Source: Octopus bimaculoides (Eukaryota). Taken from it: a stretch of 53,421 nt of DNA. A model generated the notes under the pieces. That model saw only the letters and a program-made list of their open reading frames with translations, searched no databases and was not told where the DNA came from. Numbering within the stretch: the stretch's first letter is position 1; each line of letters opens with the position of its first letter. The stretch covers positions 72,126,293-72,179,713 of the forward strand of contig NC_068989.1 in assembly GCF_001194135.2 (NCBI RefSeq), written 5' to 3'. Shown piece by piece: positions 1 through 14,881 of the stretch. Made by a program: the position numbers and the translations under genes.

Positions 1-1282
1 ATTGATATTTTAGCAACATGCCAAGTCAGCAACAATTTAAAAGCAACTGAACTTTTGCTTAGTTTTAGTTTATAAAGATTTTTGCAGTTTTGTTTTTTGA
101 GAAAGAATATTCATTATCATAAAGAAATAACATAAAAAAATATTATACATATACTAGAGTTTTACCCATCATATGACAGGTAACTTTGGAAGTATACTTT
201 TGCCACCATGGGTGATACATTTTTATAATCATACTTTTATCAAATGCATTGATGCTTATGCAAAATGATGAAATGAATACCCAAGGTGGCCGTGGTTCAT
301 AAGAGACTGAAGGTGGAACCCTTCTGCAGGTGAAGACTAATTCAGTCCTCACTGCCCAACTCAAGTGAAGCATCCAGGCTTGGAGTGAAGCACATGGCCT
401 GAGATACCTGCTGATGATACAAGAAAGTTTCTGATTTTGCTATGGATTCAAAAGAAGAGCTTCTGAGTACCTCTGAGCAACTCCTACAGTTTCTGCCTGG
501 GACAAAGTAGCTGTGGTGCTTATTTCATCTATTATCTTAAAGTTAAATAAAACAACTTTATTGTGTGTATAACTCTTCCCATGACTACTCTGTCACTTAG
601 TCTCACTCCTCTGCCTTCTGTCACCAAGCCTAGTATGTGCACTTATCATCCATCTCTTATGTTAACTCTTTCTGCATCTCTCTTTCCCTCGCTCTGTATA
701 GTGTAAAGCGTGATTGGAGAAATCAATCAACTAACGTACTAACATTTATAGTGGTCATTATTATATAGAAATAATAGCAGCAGTCTGTGTTTAATACTAT
801 CATCACAGAGATGAAAGAGAGAGAGAGAGAGAGAGAGAAACTGAGTGAGTGAAGGAGCTTTGTAACAGATTTCTGTTAAATGCCTAATTTCTGTTTGGTT
901 TGTTTTTAACGGTCTACGAACTATCACATACACACACACACAAAAGGACCTACTAGTTTTAATTTTAAAAACTTAATTTTAAAAACTTAAGACCTATGAT
1001 ATCTCCTGTATTTTGCAAATAAAAAGAATAAAAAGAATGTAACTAGTAACCAGTAATCACAAAACACACCCGGTAATATGCCTACATTATATAACAATGA
1101 ACACAATGTCAATAGGTGTATGATATCACAGAAACGAAGTAGAGATAACATTTTTCAAAATCTATTGTTACAAAATACCAAGGTTTCCAGCCATTGCAAT
1201 TCAAATATTTTGTACTTGTTATTACTCTCAACAAAACATTTTGAAACATAAACTATTTAAGAAATAGGTATATATGTTTTAT

Positions 1283-1684
1283 TGTTTACTTGTCTCAGTT
1301 GTTAGACTGCGACCATGCTGGGGCATTGCCTTGAAAAAATTTAGTTGAATGAATCGACCTCAGAGCTTCATTTTTTTTTAAAGCTTAGTACTTATTCTAT
1401 CAGTGTCTTTTGCTGAACTGCTAAATTACAGGGATGTAAACACACCAACACCAGTTGTCAAGTGATGGTGGGGATAAACACAGACACAAAGACACACACA
1501 CACGCATATATATATATAAGATGGGCTTCTTTCAATTTCCATCCACCAAATCCACTCACAAGGCTTTGGTAAGCACAAGACCATTGTAGAAGACATTTGC
1601 TCAAGGTGCCACACTTTGGGACTGAATCTGAAGCCATGTGGTTGTGAAGCAAACTTCTTACCACACAGCCATGTCTGCTCCTAT
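1283..1684 (-). mobile_element. SINE family A, older copy
   Basis: Reverse complement of the A head (cttaccacacagccatg) and core (ccaaatccactcacaaggctttgg), with an internal microsatellite. Confidence 0.8.
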
Positions 1685-1752
1685 AAGTCACACCTATATC
1701 TTTTTATCCAAAGTAAATCTGAATTGCAGATTTAACAAAGTAATTAATTTAA

Positions 1753-1969
1753 CCCTTTTAATGACAATTTACTTAAGACCTGGTTCTATAATACATACTT
1801 CTTGCTTTAAAGTAATCTAAATTAAAATCTTCCATAAAAATTTCATGTTAATTTATTTTCCAAACATCAACTTAGTAATGACAAAGTTATTTTACTAAAT
1901 TTTTCAGTATTTTCAAAAGCAAACAAAACAAAGGCGATGTATTTCAATATGAATATGGTAACAAAAGGC
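1753..1969. mobile_element. piggyBac-like MITE, family 1
   Basis: TTAA flanks both ends (1749-1752 and 1970-1973). Termini are ccctttt...aaaaggc. The internal sequence is shared with the copies at 6165, 18420 and 35180. Confidence 0.65.
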
Positions 1970-4142
1970 TTAAAATTTTGGGGTCGAGACCTCAATGAAA
2001 TTGTCCCTTAATTTATTTCACCATTAAAGGGGATAATATTCAGAGATCAATATCAAGACTATTTAATTATAGCCTTTTAAAATACTGCACTGCCAGGATA
2101 CATATTTTAATATTGATTTCTTTTGATTCAATACAATTCTTTCTAAGGAAGAGAATAGAAGTAACCAATTTATATATTATTATTAGTATACTATCAATAA
2201 ACTCCGTATATTATCAATACTTATTTCATTGATTTGGGAAAGTAAAGTTGCAAAGTTGATAACCAAAGGTTTGAATAAAGATTACTGAAACAACAAACTT
2301 GTTATGGCAAGGTACCCCCTTCACTGTCTCAATTATTCCTACCAAAAAAATTAAATGTGAGAACATTTATACATTCTAAGCCACCACTTCTGCTGTTACC
2401 ACCACCATTTTACAACCACTTTCTGTGCTGGCATTGATCTAGTGGTGGTGGTGGTGGTGGTGGTGGTGGTGGGGGGGGTTCAACATGATTTGACGATATA
2501 GAAAATGATGTCAAGCTTCAATGTTTTGATTTTGACCATTTCTATGACTTGATGCCCTTCCTAATGCCAGTCCCTTTACAGAGTGTATTGGGTGCATCTT
2601 TTCATGGCACCAGCACTAGAGAGGTTATCTTGCACCCTGGCAAGACTGAAGAGACCTTTCGAACATTGCTTTGTCTCTAACCAATATGCCACCCACCTTA
2701 AAGAGTGTACCAATTTTTAAAAATTTCCTCATGGTTCAGCACTAGGGAGATTGCTTTGTAATTTACAAGACCAAAGAATGTTTGGAATGCTTGAATGAGA
2801 TGCGTATTCTGAAAATTACATAGCAGGCTATTGTTCTAGTAGCACAGTACCTCTGAATAAATAAGAACTGATACAGAATAAAGAGAACTGATTACTCTGG
2901 TTTGCAATGGTCACTCTCTCTAGTGTCAGTGACATCATGAATAACACTCAGTACATTCTGAAGTGGTTGATGACAGAGATGGTATCCAGCCATAGGAATC
3001 ATGCTAAAAGATGGAATGTATAAACAACACATGGACTTCGCAAGCCACATTGCAGGCTACTTGTCAAATTAGGCAGTAAATCAGAGAAAAACTGATGTAC
3101 AGGTAGTGCTAGATCAAAATATGGGCCTTAAGAAGTGCAACCCAAGGGCATCTGCCAGCCGGAGGTCTCTCAGAAATTAAGTGAAATGTTATCGAAAATA
3201 TCACTGGCAGTCTCACAGCATTTGTGGTGGCATGGGGTCCTGCAGAAAAAAAGAACCTTAATCCAGATTTATGCAAATAGTGGAAACCATCCAATACATG
3301 TTAGCATGGCAAAAACAGATGTAGACAGAGAATGTGTGTGTGTGTGTGTGTGTGCATGTGAAAACTCAAAGCAAATATTCAGTCAAATTATTTGTAGCAC
3401 ATTGGATACAAAATGAAAAATATTTTTTTGAACTGGTTCTTAGAAACCATTATAGTTGATGTTATAAATAACAATTTCATAATTACATTATGAATTAATG
3501 TACTACATTTCTTTCTGAAATTGGAGCTTATAATAGTCTAATAACTAAATTAGATATTGTTAAAATGAGATACTGCATAATTATATATAGAAAATGAATG
3601 GGTTTAGATTCTTAAAAAAAAAAAATATATTTTTTACTCTTTTTCATCTTCTGAACAACGAACATCATTTTAACTTTTGCTGTTTATATTTCATTTCAAA
3701 TGCAACAAATATATTTAAGAATCAAATTAATAAAAGCTCTTAATTTTTTCTTGGAATGGATATTGATTAGTTCTCTTAGCCTATACACCTCTAACAACAA
3801 CAACAACAACAATAATGTGCATGAATGTGTATGAGAGAGCATATGCACACATATATATAGTGCATCTGTAAATATATCATCTTCATCATCATTGTTTTAA
3901 TATCCACTTTTCTATGTTTTAATGAAACTTGGACAGACTTTATTGAGGCAGATTTTCTATGTCTGGGTACCCTTCCTGACACCAATCCTCTCCTGTTTCC
4001 AGGAGACATTTCTTCATGGCCAGACACAATTTCGCAAAATAATGAAAATAAATGACACAGCTTATATGACTGTGACACTCATTTACAACTATTATGCAAT
4101 GTCAAAACAAGGAAACACACACATATACATACATATTTACAT

Positions 4143-4597
<455 letters not shown>

Positions 4598-5736
4598 TTA
4601 TGCATGAGATCGTTTAATCACAGCTTTCGAACACTCATAACATATAGTTCCCATTCAAAATAAGCTTCGGACAGCTTGCTGTAATTTACTGTTGATTATT
4701 AATAAATTGATTTACTTACAACTTCTCAATACGTACGTATGATCTCACTGTATGAATGATTAATTTACAGAGTATTTATTGTTAATGGTTCCTTTTCAGC
4801 TGCTAACAAAATTGAACAGGAAACCACAGCCGCTAAAAGTGCCCCAACTTAAATCTTTTCTTAAGTAGTTACCTCCTGAAATGTTTTCATAGTTACTTAT
4901 TGTATAATCTATTATTTCCTTTAATAACAAACAATAAACTCTTTCTTTCTGTCTGTCTGTCTACCTGTAAGATATTAACTATACTACTGTCCCAAGTAAG
5001 CATATACTGTGATAGCACATTACAGCATATTGTTATATAATACAAAAATACTTGTTCAAATCTCAAACAAGCCCTGATATTTTTTCATAAGTTCATATGG
5101 TCTAGTGATTGGGATCTTAAAATATATAAAGCAGTGAACAAAATACCATATGATTTTAATTATAGGCCCCTCTTCTGAGGACTGATAAAATAAAGTAGCT
5201 GACAAGTTACCGGTATCCAAACTCTTTTGGCCTTGTTCCCAATGAAAGAAATCAATATTATGTATATACTTCCATAATTAGCAACTGATAAAATTATGCT
5301 AAAAACTCTGACTAATCCCTTTAAGGCAGTGTCCCAGCATGGCCGCAGTCCAATGACTGAAACAAGTAAAAGATGAAAGAAAGATTGACTCTTAAACTGT
5401 AACTAGATAGTTTACTTGAGTTTAAAAAAAGGAAGTTGTGACAATTTTGTCATGGATGTTTATCTACTCCGACTTTGTAATCAGTATCAAACTAGCTGTG
5501 TAGATATGTAAATAGTATCACTTAGCAACTCATCAACATCTGTATCATATCATCCACATATTAAGTTGTTTTGTTTTGTTACCATACTGATATAGCGGAT
5601 GCAGTTCTCTTAACCTTTTTTTTTTTGCATTAAACCACCTATGGTTTTCTTATACAAAATTCTCCAATCTAAAGTGTTCATAGTTAAAATAAAAATCCAT
5701 CAGTCAAAATTTAATGTAAGAACCTTTTGTAAATTT

Positions 5737-5908
5737 GCGTAGGAGTGGCTGTGTGGTAAGTAGCTTGCATACCAACCACATGTTTCTGGGTTCAGTCCCA
5801 CTGCGTGGCACCTTGGGCAAGTGTCTTTTATTATAGCCTCGGGCTGACCAAAGCCTTGTGAGTGGATTTGGTAGACGGAAACTGAAAGAAGCCCGTCGTA
5901 TATATGTA

Positions 5909-5941
<33 letters not shown>

Positions 5942-6152
5942 GTCTGTGTTTNNNNNNNNNNCCCCCAAATCGCTTGACAACTGATGCTGGTGTGTTTACG
6001 TCCCCGTAAGTTAGTGGTTCGCCAAAAGAGACCGATAGAATAAGTACTAGGCTTGCAAAGAATAAGTCCTGGGGTCGATTTCTTCGACTAAAGGCGGTGC
6101 TCCAGCATGGCTGCAGTCAAATGACTGAAACAAGTAAAAGAGTAAAAGAATA
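5737..6152 (+). mobile_element. tRNA-derived SINE family A with internal (TA)/(TG) microsatellite
   Basis: Head ggagtggctgtgtggtaagtagcttgc...gggttcagtccc, core ccttgggcaagtgtctt...gccttgtgagtggatttggtagacggaaactg, and 3' end atgactgaaacaagtaaaag. Confidence 0.88.
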
Positions 6153-6164
6153 ACACCATCTTAA

Positions 6165-6505
6165 TCCTTTTGATATCAACTTTACAACTCTATTTTAAAG
6201 TGCTTTAAATTTAAACCTCACATCAAAATATCCTGTTCCAAACACCACCTTATTAACATTTTGGCATAAGGCCAGGAATTTTGAGGGGAGGGGTAAATCA
6301 ATAACATTGACCTCCTCTCCAGTAAGGCAAAGTCAACTCTAGCAGTATTTGAACTCAGATTGCAAAAAGCTGGAAGAAATGCTGCTAAGCATTTCTATCT
6401 GACAGTAGCAATTCTCTCACCTCAAATGACAATGTTATTTCATTTATTCCAAAATTAATTGAAACAATGGCAATGCATTTCAACAGAAATATGACCACAA
6501 AATGG
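6165..6505. mobile_element. piggyBac-like MITE family 1, interrupted by a SINE C copy (about 6258-6420)
   Basis: Left end ttaa|tccttttgatatc and right end ccacaaaatgg|ttag. The internal aattaattgaaacaatggcaatgcatttcaacagaaatatg is shared with the other copies. Confidence 0.55.
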
Positions 6506-7415
6506 TTAGTAATGACCAAAATCAGCTATTTTGCTAAATCTCTGAAAATTCTTGATTATATAAAAAAAATTAATCAAAACATAGCCAGAATATTTCAGGG
6601 AGGTGTTAAATATTAACTTTAGCTGTGTGCAGAGCAGTTTTGTGTACACTTTTCTAGTGAGTCAGTATTTTATAGATCTGAGTATATTTGCTTTCACAAT
6701 AACACTCCAAGCCAACCATTAGGTTTCATTGTAAACAGTGTTTGTCCTGAATGTTTCCCTAACTTACTTTCTGAACAATTGTCAATTCGAACATTTTTCA
6801 CACCCGTACCTTTTCATTAGTATCTTATTTTCAATTTTGTTATGAGATTTCCAATTGAGCAGGCTTTATATTTCATTACCAATCTCAAACAATGTTATAA
6901 GAAAACACCATTAAATTCATTATTTTCTCAGCAAATATAAGCGAATGTCAGTGTGAAGAGGAAAAAAAAATGGGAGGTGGCGGGGGGAGGGGGGCAACAG
7001 AGAGATAAGGCGGTGAAAGAGGAAGGAAAGAGGCAAAGAGACTAATTAAATATTAGATTTCCTGCATCCTATTGGATTGTTGGGAGCAGCAAAGGTCCTT
7101 CAAACTATATCTATGGGAAAGTTTGAGCACAGCTTTGCAAGCTAATGACACATGTAACAATTCAAAGCATTCCGATGGCTATCATTTTTTAATCAGCAGA
7201 CCATACCTCCCCACAGTATCTATATGCACACTTAAAGTAGAATAGAATGGGATGGCAAAATAAATATTAGCTGAAATGGAGAAGAGGTGATAAAAGTTAC
7301 TAAAATCTTTAGATGCTATTTCTGTGCGAGACTTCTTTTTTAAGGAAGACCATAACAAAGAATGGACAGACAGGTTTGTATTTTTTAAAAACAGGATTTT
7401 ACACTATGTTGAGAT

Positions 7416-7456
<41 letters not shown>

Positions 7457-7718
7457 AAAAATCAAGCCAATAACAGAGCCTCTATGTGGCAACTCAACAT
7501 GCAAGAAATAGCAGCCAAATCTCCCTCAAATCACACTTTAACAACCATCTTAAAAAATGAAACCTTTGCTAATGTTGTCATGGGTTTCATGCGTGTAAAG
7601 GAAAGACAAGATAGTCATGGCTATCTAATGGAATCATCTAAAGAAAATAGAGATGATGATGATGATACCAATGCCAAAGGCAATGACAAAACCATTTTAT
7701 TTCAACTTTAATATAACA

Positions 7719-7998
7719 GGTTGATATCCTGGCACTTGTGCCAGTGGCATGTGAATAAAACATTGGACTGACTCCTGTGCAGGTGGCACGTAAAAAACAC
7801 CATTTGAGCATGGCCATTGTCAGTACTGCCGGACTGGCCCTTGTGCCGGTGGCACGTAAAAAGCACCCACTACACTCTCTGAGTCGTTGGCGTTAAGAAG
7901 GGCATCCAGCTGTAGAAACTCTGCCAGATTAGATTGGAGTCTGGTGTAGCCATCTGGTTTGCCAGTTCCCAGTCAAATCGTCCAACCCATGCTAGCAC
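7719..7998 (+). mobile_element. Retroposon family D
   Basis: Repeated ggtggcacgtaaaaa(a/g)cacc, then ggcgttaagaagggcatccagctgtagaaac...cagtcaaatcgtccaacccatgctagca. Confidence 0.75.
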
Positions 7999-8764
7999 TT
8001 TATCTTAATTTTGAAAAATAAAAAAAGTATAAAAAACCTGCATTAATTATGGGATGACCCAATATATAATTGAATAAAGAGGGCTGCTAATTATATAAAA
8101 ACAGGTCTAGTGTGTAGCTCTGTGTCAAAATTGAGGAAATTGTATTCAAAATTCAGTGATTGATTTCTAAACAGTGAAACTAGATAATTCACAAGATTAA
8201 AAAAAAAAAAATAAGAGAAAAAAGAAAAAGCAGCTGTGTGTTAGGTGTAGATAGTGAATACAGACTACATTCTAAATCCTGGTTTCTTTTTTTTTTTTTC
8301 TATCAGAGCAGAACAGATAAGAACATAAAACAAAACATTCAGGATAGTTTTTGTATCTGTTTTAAACAGGATATTTGATTTAGATTTTAGGAACAGGTAT
8401 GAAAATAAGTTACATTGCATTTGTCTTAAGAAAATTGATAATGCTTAAATATAAACAGGTAAATATCGCTTGGTGGAAAATACTAGGGATAGAAGTATGT
8501 GTATAAAAATCACAGGTTTAGCATTATATGAGAAGTTTCTCTGATGATGGATGAAAGAAAAATCATTAGCAAGTTGTGCACAAGTGGGATATTTATTTTG
8601 TTAATTGATAGAAGAAAGAACAAATTAATCTAAGAATACATAATGTGAGCAGCCATGTCTTTCCTCTGCAGGAAGAAACTGGTTTCAGTCTTTTCCTTCA
8701 TACTCTAACCTTTCCTCACCTAGTATAAAGCTGCTTCTCTCTTTGCTATAGCCCCACTTAGTCA

Positions 8765-9003
8765 ATAGGGATCTTAGTCTAGTGAGTTACTTGGCAAACT
8801 CACAAGTGCAGGTGCCACAAATAAAAAAAAAAAGAATGCATCCTGGACACACTATTGGCATTAAGAAGGGTATCTAACCATAGAAACCATACCAAAGCAG
8901 ACACTGGAGCATGATACAGTCCTCCGACCCATCTAATCTTGTCAGACTGTTGGACCCATACCAGCATGGAACATAAATATTAAAAGGTGATGATAATGAT
9001 GAT
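8765..9003 (+). mobile_element. Family D, decayed
   Basis: ttggcattaagaagggtatctaaccatagaaacc...ccagcatggaaca...gatgataatgatgat matches D. Confidence 0.65.
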
Positions 9004-9113
9004 GGTAACTGGATCAATGATTATTAGGGTTACATGAATTAAGTCACAGAGTGAAGTCTCAAAATGATTGTTTTGAAATTTCAAAAATTACAACTCCACC
9101 ATATTGATATATA

Positions 9114-9122
9114 AACACACAC

Positions 9123-9193
<71 letters not shown>
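9114..9193. repeat. (CA)n microsatellite
   Basis: Seen directly. Confidence 0.98.
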
Positions 9194-9195
<2 letters not shown>

Positions 9196-9198
9196 TTG

Positions 9199-9518
9199 TG
9201 CAGGTATGGCTAAGTGATTAACACATTCACTCTCAATGCACGGTACCTTGTACAAACGTCTTCGATTATAGCCTAAGGATGACCAATACTTTGTGAGTAA
9301 AATTTGGTAGACAGAAATAGTCCAGAAATTGTCACATGTATGTGTGTGTATGTGTGTATGTTGTACCCTTTTATGTCTTGTAACCTAGAGATTCAACAAA
9401 CAGAAGTTGATAAAATAAGTGCCAGACCGGAATAAATACTAAGGTTTAGATGATCAAGTAAAACCCTTCAAGTCAGATCCTCAAAATGACTTCAATGACT
9501 GAACCAGTAAAAGAATAA
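9199..9518 (+). mobile_element. SINE family A, decayed
   Basis: Contains the core ctttgtgagtaaaatttggtagacagaaa and the 3' end aatgactgaaccagtaaaagaataa. Confidence 0.65.
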
Positions 9519-10048
9519 ACACACACACACACTATACTGAATATCTACAGATCTATTTGAAATGTAGTCTAACATACAAGAAGTCTGTAATGAGTTTTCA
9601 TCACATTTTGAACTGCCACAAAAGATCCAACAATCACCAACTGTTGCACTTTTGTTTTTCTCCTTCGCTCTCTGTTCTATTTCTTTTTATATTAATATCG
9701 CCTCTATAGTCTTCTTGTACTACTTATATTATTTCACCATATACATTTCTGCTTTCTTTAGATAATTTCATCAGCAGACACTCTAAAGTAATTTCTATTG
9801 AACATTCATTAAACAAGGACATCATGCATACTAAACACTTGTACTAAACAGTTGTGCATCATCTGCAACACGAGTAATCAACAACATTGTTGTTATTGTC
9901 ATCATATTACAAAAGTCTTCAGGAAATCTATATTTCGTTTTGTATTGTGGGAACTGGAAAGTTCAATGCCCCACAGTGAGCAGTGGTTTCATCTAAAGCA
10001 ATGGGACTTCTCAATCACTACATTATAAACAGAAGTATTATGTAAACA

Positions 10049-10427
10049 GTGGAGGCACAATGGCCCAGTGGTTAGGGCAGCGGACTCGCGGTCGTGGGAT
10101 TGCGGTTTCAATTCCCAAACCGGGCGTTGCAAGTGTTTATTGAGCGAAAACACTTAAAGCTCCACGAAGCTCTGACAGGGGAAGGTGGCGAACCCTGTTG
10201 TACTCTTCCACCACAACTTTTTCTCACTCTTACTTCCTGTTTCTGTTGTGCCTGTAATTCAAAGGGTCAGCCTTGTCACACTGTGTCACGCTGAATATCC
10301 CCGAGGACTACGTTAAGGGTACACGTGTCTGTGGAGTGCTCAGCCACTTGCACGTTAATTTCACGAGCAGGCTGTTCCGTTGATCGGATCAACTGGAACA
10401 CTCGTCATTGCAACCGACGGAGTGCCA
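10049..10427 (+). mobile_element. SINE family B
   Basis: Has the same head, body and 3' end (gacggagtgcca) as the other B copies but lacks the CAA tail. Confidence 0.9.
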
Positions 10428-11459
10428 GTCACTATGTAAACTTATCCACTGCTCTTTCCTTTCTTAATTTCTCTTATGTTGCTAGTGGACTTAGGAAATA
10501 TATAACTNNNNNNNNNNNNNNNNNNNNNNNNNNNNNNNNNNNNNNNNNNNNNNNNNNNNNNNNNNNNNNNNNNNNNNNNNNNNNNNNNNNNNNNNNNNNN
10601 NNNNNNNNNNNNNNNNNNNNNNNNNNNNNNNNNNNNNNNNNNNNNNNNNNNNNNNNNNNNNNNNNNNNNNNNNNNNNNNNNNNNNNNNNNNNNNNNNNNN
10701 NNNNNNNNNNNNNNNNNNNNNNNNNNNNNNNNNNNNNNNNNNNNNNNNNNNNNNNNNNNNNNNNNNNNNNNNNNNNNNNNNNNNNNNNNNNNNNNNNNNN
10801 NNNNNNNNNNNNNNNNNNNNNNNNNNNNNNNNNNNNNNNNNNNNNNNNNNNNNNNNNNNNNNNNNNNNNNNNNNNNNNNNNNNNNNNNNNNNNNNNNNNN
10901 NNNNNNNNNNNNNNNNNNNNNNNNNNNNNNNNNNNNNNNNNNNNNNNNNNNNNNNNNNNNNNNNNNNNNNNNNNNNNNNNNNNNNNNNNNNNNNNNNNNN
11001 NNNNNNNNNNNNNNNNNNNNNNNNNNNNNNNNNNNNNNNNNNNNNNAAAAATTAACTCAGTTTTAATTCCACAGCCCACCATTAACCATGAGAAAAACCA
11101 GTCAGCATTTATCAACAAGATGCTCACTGAAACAAAACAAATATTTCTTGAAATATCTTATGTGATGAATAAATATGCAATATTCTAATTGTTAAGGTGG
11201 GGGGAAAATAATCCAAATCAAAAAGAAAATATTTCAGATGGTCGCATTCTAATTAACAGCTGGTCTTAATTTTCCTGAAATCTCTTATTGTAGAAAAGAA
11301 AAAAGAAAAAAAATATTTCAATGAATATTGTAGTTCGCTTGAAGCATTGTGTATTGTTTGTAAAGAATAAAAGGTTTAGAAAGGTATAACAATGCACTAT
11401 AGAACAAAAATGGACTATATACCTGTAAATAAAGATAGTATTCTTAAATAATGCTTTTC

Positions 11460-11655
11460 CCTATGGGCACAAGGCCTGAAATTTTAGTGGGAGGAGGTCT
11501 AGTCAATTACATTGATCCCAGTGTGCAACTGGTACTTATTTTATTGACCCTGAAAGGCAAAACCAACCTCGGCAGAATTTGAGCTTAGAATGTAAAGAGA
11601 GATGAAATGCTGCTAAGGATTTTGTCTGGCATACTAATGGTTCAGCCAGTGACCT
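11460..11655 (-). mobile_element. SINE family C, CpG-decayed
   Basis: caactggtacttattttattgaccctgaaagg...gaatttgagcttagaa is the reverse complement of C. Confidence 0.75.
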
Positions 11656-11944
11656 GCTTTACAACATTATCAAATAATAAAAACTGACAGGTAAAAGAAC
11701 AGAATGGAAGCTAATGTAGAGGGGAAGCTTTCCTCCAAAAATCTAGTTTGGATCTTGGAATGTAGAGTTCAACTGCCAGTTTAGCCTGACTATTAAATCA
11801 GGCCAAACTAAGGACCAGAATATATAATGTAGGTATAATCTATGAACCCAACTCGACTGATGTGACTCCATTATGTAGGAAAAAAATGGTAAACATTTAA
11901 CATCAAACTCTATAATGTTTTTTTACACGCCAGTATAATCTAAA

Positions 11945-12332
11945 GTGGAGGCGCAATGGCCCGGTGGTTAGGGCAGCGGACTCGTAGTCATAGGATCGCG
12001 GTTTCGATTCCCAGACTGGGCGTTGTGAGTGTTTATTGAGCGAAAAAACCTAAAGCTCCACGAGGCTCCGGCAGGGGATGGTGGCGAACCCTGCTGTACT
12101 CTTCCACCACAACTTTCTCTCACTCTTACTTCCTGTTTCTGTTGTGCCTGTAATTCAAAGGATCAGCCTTGTCACACTGTGTCACGCTGAATATCTCCGA
12201 GAACTATGTTAAGGGTACACGTGTCTGTGGAGTGCTCAGCCACTTGCACGTTAATGTCACGAGCAGGCTGTTCCGTTGATCGGATCAACTGGAACCCTCG
12301 ACGTCGTAAGCGATGGAGTGCCAACAACAGCA
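11945..12332 (+). mobile_element. SINE family B, full-length
   Basis: Nearly identical to the 29501 copy. TSD ataatctaa at 11935-11943 and 12333-12341. Confidence 0.92.
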
Positions 12333-12950
12333 ATAATCTAATTCTGAAGATGTAAAACACTGGATTATTTGCCTCAAATAAGACCATGAAGCAATGAACC
12401 ATATCAGATGCTTAGAAAATTCCATGCTCCCCAAAATTTGCCAACACTAGATCCTGACATGCTTACCACTTTAGTTATAGTTCACCTTTCTGTAAGAGAC
12501 ACTTGCCCAAGGTGTCACGCAATGACACTAAACCTGAAACCATATGTTTAAGAAGTAAACTTCTGAACTTCATAGTCAAAATAAAGAAAGTAAGAAAAAA
12601 AAAAAATGAGGTAAAAATGAGTTTCACACATTCAAACTGGATTTTCCAACTGTTTTAGGTCATTGAACAAATTTTATGGTATGTGTCAAACACCATGACA
12701 GTTTAGTCACTGAAGTGTATATATATATGCAAGGTTGTAGAATTAGATAATGGTGTATTTGGCTCTAAATTATAACTATACATATCATTTATAGCAGTAA
12801 TGCATTTCAGAAAGGAATGGAAATTAAAGCGTGCAGTAAGGGACGGACTGACAGAAAGTAACAGCAAACTGTTTTGAACGTAGTGGGAACATAAGTTATC
12901 AAAAAGAATGACAACAGTGTCATTTAAGAAATCTCAAATAACTAATTATA

Positions 12951-13320
12951 TTTTACTTGTTTTAGTCATTGAACTGCAGCCATGCTGGAGCATTGCCTTG
13001 AAGAGTTTAGTCAAACAAATGGTACTTATTCTAATGATCGATCTCTTTTGCTGAACAGCCAAGTCATGGGGATATATCAAACCAACAAGAGTTGTCAAGA
13101 GGATGGTAGACAAATTTAACACACAGACACACATACACAGACATATACATATGATGGGATTCCACACAGTTTCCATCTACGAAATTCATTCACAAGGAGT
13201 TGGTTGACATGGGGCTATAGTAGAAGACACTTGCCCCAAGTGCTGTGCACTGGAATTGAACCTGAAACTGCAAAGTTCCAAAGCTAGCTTCTTTACTACA
13301 CAGCCATGCTTGTGCCTATA
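12951..13320 (-). mobile_element. SINE family A, older copy
   Basis: Reverse complement of the A 3' end, core and head. Confidence 0.78.
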
Positions 13321-14662
13321 TTAGACCTCATTTTAGGATTTATCTGATTATTTATCTATTTATTTATTCATATGCCATTCTGAGATTTATTTAGTGAAAA
13401 GAGCTCAAGAACTTGAACCCAATTTCATTACAGGTATTTTAATCCTGTAAACCTTGAGATGAAATGGAAAAGAAAAGTAAACTTCAACAAGATTACAACT
13501 CAAAGACAATGAAGCACCACACACACACACACACACACAGAGGCAAACACATATATTATAAAGCTTCTATAAGGATAGCCTACTTCTGTAACCAGTTCTT
13601 TTGACCTACATGAAACAAATAAAACATCATCATCCGCAATTAAGTCTATGGTACAAGTAGTTGTCTAAAAAAAAAAAAAATAAAGAAGTAAATTAAAAGT
13701 GGCCATCAGAGTGGTGTATGTACTCTATGGTTCTCATAAAAGAAAAACAAAAGATGCAACAACCAACAACAAAAAACGTTGCTCACAAGTCAGTCACCTA
13801 TTTTATAGTAGTAGTCTGAAAATTGGGTAGAATGTAAGAGGTAAAAAAGAAAAAGAGAAACAAAATAAGTTACAGTGAAACAAATGGTTGTTACATTATG
13901 AAACTCCTACTAAGACAACCTTCCATCCCAAATAAAACATTTGACAAGGACTACAAAAAAATATATATATAAGTAGTCTGTATACAAGAAGGACATTTTT
14001 AGTTTCTGTAACTTAGTTTAATAACCAGCATCAATGATGCCATGGAATGGCTATTATCACTTTTATCATACTCAACTCTGTAGCAAAAAGATAAGGAACT
14101 CTGAAAATTTCATGAAGAATAAAGGGGAAAAAAAATATCCAAAAAAAAAAAGAAAAGAAAAAAAGAAAAAAAAATGGTTAATAAATCACAGTATGTATAA
14201 AAATAGACTAAAAAAAAGGGTAACACTCTTTCTAGGTCCTTTACTTTCCTCTCCTCCAACCTCCATTCATTTTTACTAATTTTGTGAGCTAACCTGTGTC
14301 TTGCAGGCCAGACTGATAAACTATCTAGCCAAACATCTCGTAATGTATAAATAAGTATAATCTCTTACATAGATGTGAAGCTTCAGATTTGAGGTCGGTA
14401 TGTCAACAAATGTAGCTTTGGGTGCTTTATATATATCAAAGCATAGCCATTTTAGTAAAATTAATAAGGATAATTTGTTTTTATTAAAGCACCTAATAGA
14501 GTATCTTATTTTCCTCCACAAATTACATTTTTTATATTTTTTATCTTTTAGTCAAAGAGAGAAAGCAGTGCCTATGGCCCATTACAAGGCCACCAAGACT
14601 GATGAGGAGGAGGACGATAACCTCAAACCAGAAACCCAGCCCAAATGTTTGCAACAAATTAA

Positions 14663-14881
14663 CCTTTAGCATTTAAACCAGCTATTTCTGGACTAAATAT
14701 TCTACGTGTTTTATGTTCAAACTGGCCAGGTCTGGCCTCTCACACCTACCCTACAATGTCAATCTAAAAATATACAGTCATGTCACTGAAATCTCAAAGG
14801 TACATGATAATGCCCAATTAAGTCAAAACAGTGTGAATAAGTAAGCATTAGATTTGACAGAATAATCCGAATGCTAATGGG
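14663..14881. mobile_element. piggyBac-like MITE, family 2
   Basis: Short TIRs ttaa|cctttagcatt ... aatgctaatggg. TTAA is present on the left and degraded on the right. Confidence 0.6.

Noticed and set aside
405-440. CTGATGA...GAAA near 411, and other CTGANGA hits (8541, 9768, 14597, 43664, 50421)
   Set aside because: None can form stem II together with matching stems I and III, so they are not hammerheads.
250-520. GC-richer block tested as formin exon 2 (SLDASLELGSED*)
   Set aside because: It has stops in all frames and does not match the expected FHOD sequence.
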